A stretch of 59,755 nucleotides of DNA, taken from positions 1 through 59,755 of the IMG/VR virus record IMGVR_UViG_3300042924_007750. One strand, 5' to 3'. Every line of letters begins with the position of its first letter. Within the stretch, counting starts at the first letter, position 1. Shown here piece after piece: positions 57,879 to 59,755 of the stretch. The translations under genes and the position numbers were made by a program. The DNA is from a virus (lineage: Duplodnaviria > Caudoviricetes). The notes below the pieces were generated by a model. That model saw nothing but the letters and a program-made list of their open reading frames with translations, was not told the DNA's origin and did no database searches.

Positions 57879-59304
57879 CTTCAAGTATTTGTTGCAAAGA
57901 TAATAAAATATTTTTACTTTCAAAATTAAATCTTGGGTTGTTATACCAATTCAAAAAATCTTCTCGCGACATTTTGACTATCTTTCCCCAATTAGGCCCA
58001 TTTGTCACCCTAAATTCAACAATATCGTCATCTATATCATAACTTAAAACAGAGAAATTTTCTTTAGTGTGGGGGTTTTCAGGGTAACCCCAGGAACTTT
58101 TTAAAGATGCCAAAAAATTTAAAAATGATTTTCTATCAGAAAAGTTAGAACTTTGCAATTTTTCCAAAATGTAATTTAAATCATCCTCGGTTTCGACGCC
58201 CAAAGAATCATAATCCATAAATTCATCATCGAAAAAATTATATTTATCTTCTTCCCAGCCTGACAAATCCCATTGATTATTTTTTAGCAAATACTTTGAC
58301 AAAACTTCTTTCATTGAGGCGTGAGTTAAATTTTGCATTTGCATAAATAGGTATAGTGGAACCATTGGAATTTCGAGGGTTCTATCAAGAGGTCTGAACC
58401 TTATTCCGGTATTTTTTTGAAACTTTGCCAATTCTTCTAAAATTCGTCTCCGCATATTTTTAAAACTAGCTTCATCTTCGTGCCTTGCAAAATAATTTAA
58501 AATATTTTCCATAGAATTCCTAAAAGAACCAAAAAGAATCTGGTTGGCACTTTTTACCTCATCATCACTAACGACCGGTTTACCCCCATTAATAATTTTA
58601 TAAATTGTATTAGCAACCTCCAACAAACGGGGATTTCCCTGGAAAATATATCCTAAAGTAAAGCTTCCATCCATAAAATTGTCGTACACACCACTAAGGT
58701 CTTCAGCGTTAATAAAACACTCAAGGTTAGGGTTTAGCGCACAGTCCATCATACCCAAATCCCAATCATACAATTTTAAAATTTCGATTAAGAATTCCTC
58801 GTCAGTTTCAAAATTCAAAACTAACGTAGATTTGTTTCGCGGCTCCTTTTCATTAACATAATCCACAAATTCAGTTCTGTCAAAAATTTCATCAGAAGCA
58901 CCACCCAACAAAAATCTTTTTAAGTTATAATTTAAAAAATCAGGTCTTTTAGTAAAAAAATCAAAAACTTCTTCTTTTTTATCATTATCCACCGGATAAT
59001 AAAATAACGCCTCATTTGAATGAAGGAAATCTGCAGGATTTAAAAAAGACCCATCTTTGTCCGAAACAACATTCCCAGCGTCAGTAACTTCATCAGAATA
59101 CCTCAAAAGTAAAAATTTACTGTCATCCTCATTTTTTATAATATAAACCTCATCGGTGTTTTGTATCGGAACAATAAACTCATTATAAAATTCTGGTTCA
59201 CACCATTTTGTACCCTCAGCATCTGAACAAAAACTTTCACGGTTCATGTATTTTGTAACCTCACCACCAGAAGTTTTTAAAATTTTTCTTTTTGGATTTG
59301 CCAT
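57817..59304 (-). CDS. Hypothetical protein
   Basis: 495-aa ORF; TATTTAT at 59311-59317, 6 nt before the ATG. Confidence 0.8.
   Translation of the reverse strand: MANPKRKILKTSGGEVTKYMNRESFCSDAEGTKWCEPEFYNEFIVPIQNTDEVYIIKNEDDSKFLLLRYSDEVTDAGNVVSDKDGSFLNPADFLHSNEALFYYPVDNDKKEEVFDFFTKRPDFLNYNLKRFLLGGASDEIFDRTEFVDYVNEKEPRNKSTLVLNFETDEEFLIEILKLYDWDLGMMDCALNPNLECFINAEDLSGVYDNFMDGSFTLGYIFQGNPRLLEVANTIYKIINGGKPVVSDDEVKSANQILFGSFRNSMENILNYFARHEDEASFKNMRRRILEELAKFQKNTGIRFRPLDRTLEIPMVPLYLFMQMQNLTHASMKEVLSKYLLKNNQWDLSGWEEDKYNFFDDEFMDYDSLGVETEDDLNYILEKLQSSNFSDRKSFLNFLASLKSSWGYPENPHTKENFSVLSYDIDDDIVEFRVTNGPNWGKIVKMSREDFLNWYNNPRFNFESKNILLSLQQILEDASRKNSTPKRGTIGSHSNS
57895..57924 (-). promoter_or_regulatory. 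Bacteroidota sigma70-type promoter embedded in the upstream gene
   Basis: Minus strand TTTG-N18-TATCTTTG, 16 nt before ATG 57878. Confidence 0.6.
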
Positions 59305-59327
59305 AATAATATAAATACTTATATTTG
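59297..59327 (+). promoter_or_regulatory. Consensus Bacteroidota sigma70 promoter for the ncRNA/tmRNA unit
   Basis: TTTG (59297-59300), N19, TATATTTG (59320-59327). Confidence 0.75.
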
Positions 59328-59333
59328 TACTAT

Positions 59334-59416
59334 GAAATCACAGGTGGCTCCCTTAATAGTTAAGGCTGACCTTAAGCATCTGACGTTATGTCTATACAGG
59401 GGGCGAAAGTGATTTC
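59334..59416 (+). ncRNA. Unassigned structured RNA candidate
   Basis: Nested stems GAAATCAC/GTGATTTC, GCTCCCT/AGGGGGC and ATAG/CTAT enclose two hairpins whose loops begin CTGA; starts at the predicted TSS. Confidence 0.6.
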
Positions 59417-59436
59417 TTATTGTTCTTTGAAAAAAT

Positions 59437-59755
59437 GGGGGTGACCGGTATTGATTGGCAGAGTTATTCATACGGGGCATGCAGTGAGAAGTTTCCTATC
59501 ACTTTAATCTATGGGGGCGAATTTCAAACGGCGAAACTTTCGCAAAACTCGAGGCAGTGGGTCTTCTCGCTGCTGAGGAAGTTACTGTAGCCTAAGGCAA
59601 CAGCAACAATGGGTCGATGGACATATAACCTAGAAACAGAAGTCCGTACGGTGTGGTTTCTACCTTAAAAGGAATGGAGGTCATGTTTGGTGTTCTACCG
59701 ATTTGAGTGAACATCCCACAGTTGCTGGTAACGATGGAAAAATTGGAACCAAATA
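59437..59755 (+). ncRNA. ssrA: tmRNA, 3' end beyond the window; tag ORF 59530-59595 = GETFAKLEAVGLLAAEEVTVA*
   Basis: 5' GGGGGTGACCGGTATTGA, GCATGC, pk1 (AGTGA/TCACT, TTTCC/GGGGG), resume context AAAC-GGC, stop codon TAA in the loop of hairpin GTTACTGTAGCC/GGCAACAGCAAC. Confidence 0.88.

Noticed and set aside
59334-59416. Hammerhead ribozyme (CUGA...GAAA present)
   Set aside because: Lacks the CUGAnGA core and the required stem arrangement around GAAA and the cleavage triplet.
1-59755. Stop-codon reassignment as in some large Bacteroidota phages
   Set aside because: Core genes are full length in the standard code, and TAA, TAG and TGA all end tightly packed genes.

Overview
This window is a segment of a large T4-like (myovirus-type) phage genome in the standard genetic code. 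A Bacteroidota host is very likely: there are TTTG-N18-20-TAnnTTTG promoters, A-rich leaders without Shine-Dalgarno sequences, a Bacteroidota-type bS21 and a tmRNA tag starting GET. From left to right the window holds: (1) Thr/Pro-rich mucin-like putative virion proteins; (2) a ~20-kb sugar-nucleotide/glycosyltransferase region (gmd, fcl, ColD-like, DegT, GT2/GT4, GT10, GT11, NodZ-like, methyl- and acetyltransferases) interleaved with dUTPase, an exonuclease and PhoH; (3) a putative late sigma factor and a gp5-like baseplate gene; (4) the head module (major capsid, scaffold, prohead protease, portal, TerL) with an oppositely oriented ribosomal protein bS21; (5) an NTase-KTSC pair; (6) a divergent UVR-domain protein / N-domain-less ClpC pair with a sigma54-type promoter and palindromes between them; (7) small proteins sharing an MKKVIRLTESDL-type leader; (8) a peptidase, an unassigned structured RNA and a tmRNA with an unusually long tag. 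The most interesting signals are a 15-copy TATTTAT upstream motif (probable late promoter, opposite in orientation to T4's TATAAATA), a possible mucin-plus-fucose/colitose virion glycosylation system, a portable capsid-targeting/gp21-cleavable leader on unrelated cargo, a phage proteostasis module (UVR adaptor, ClpC, re-tagged tmRNA) and the ncRNA candidate. All functional calls come from motif recognition by eye, with no database searches.
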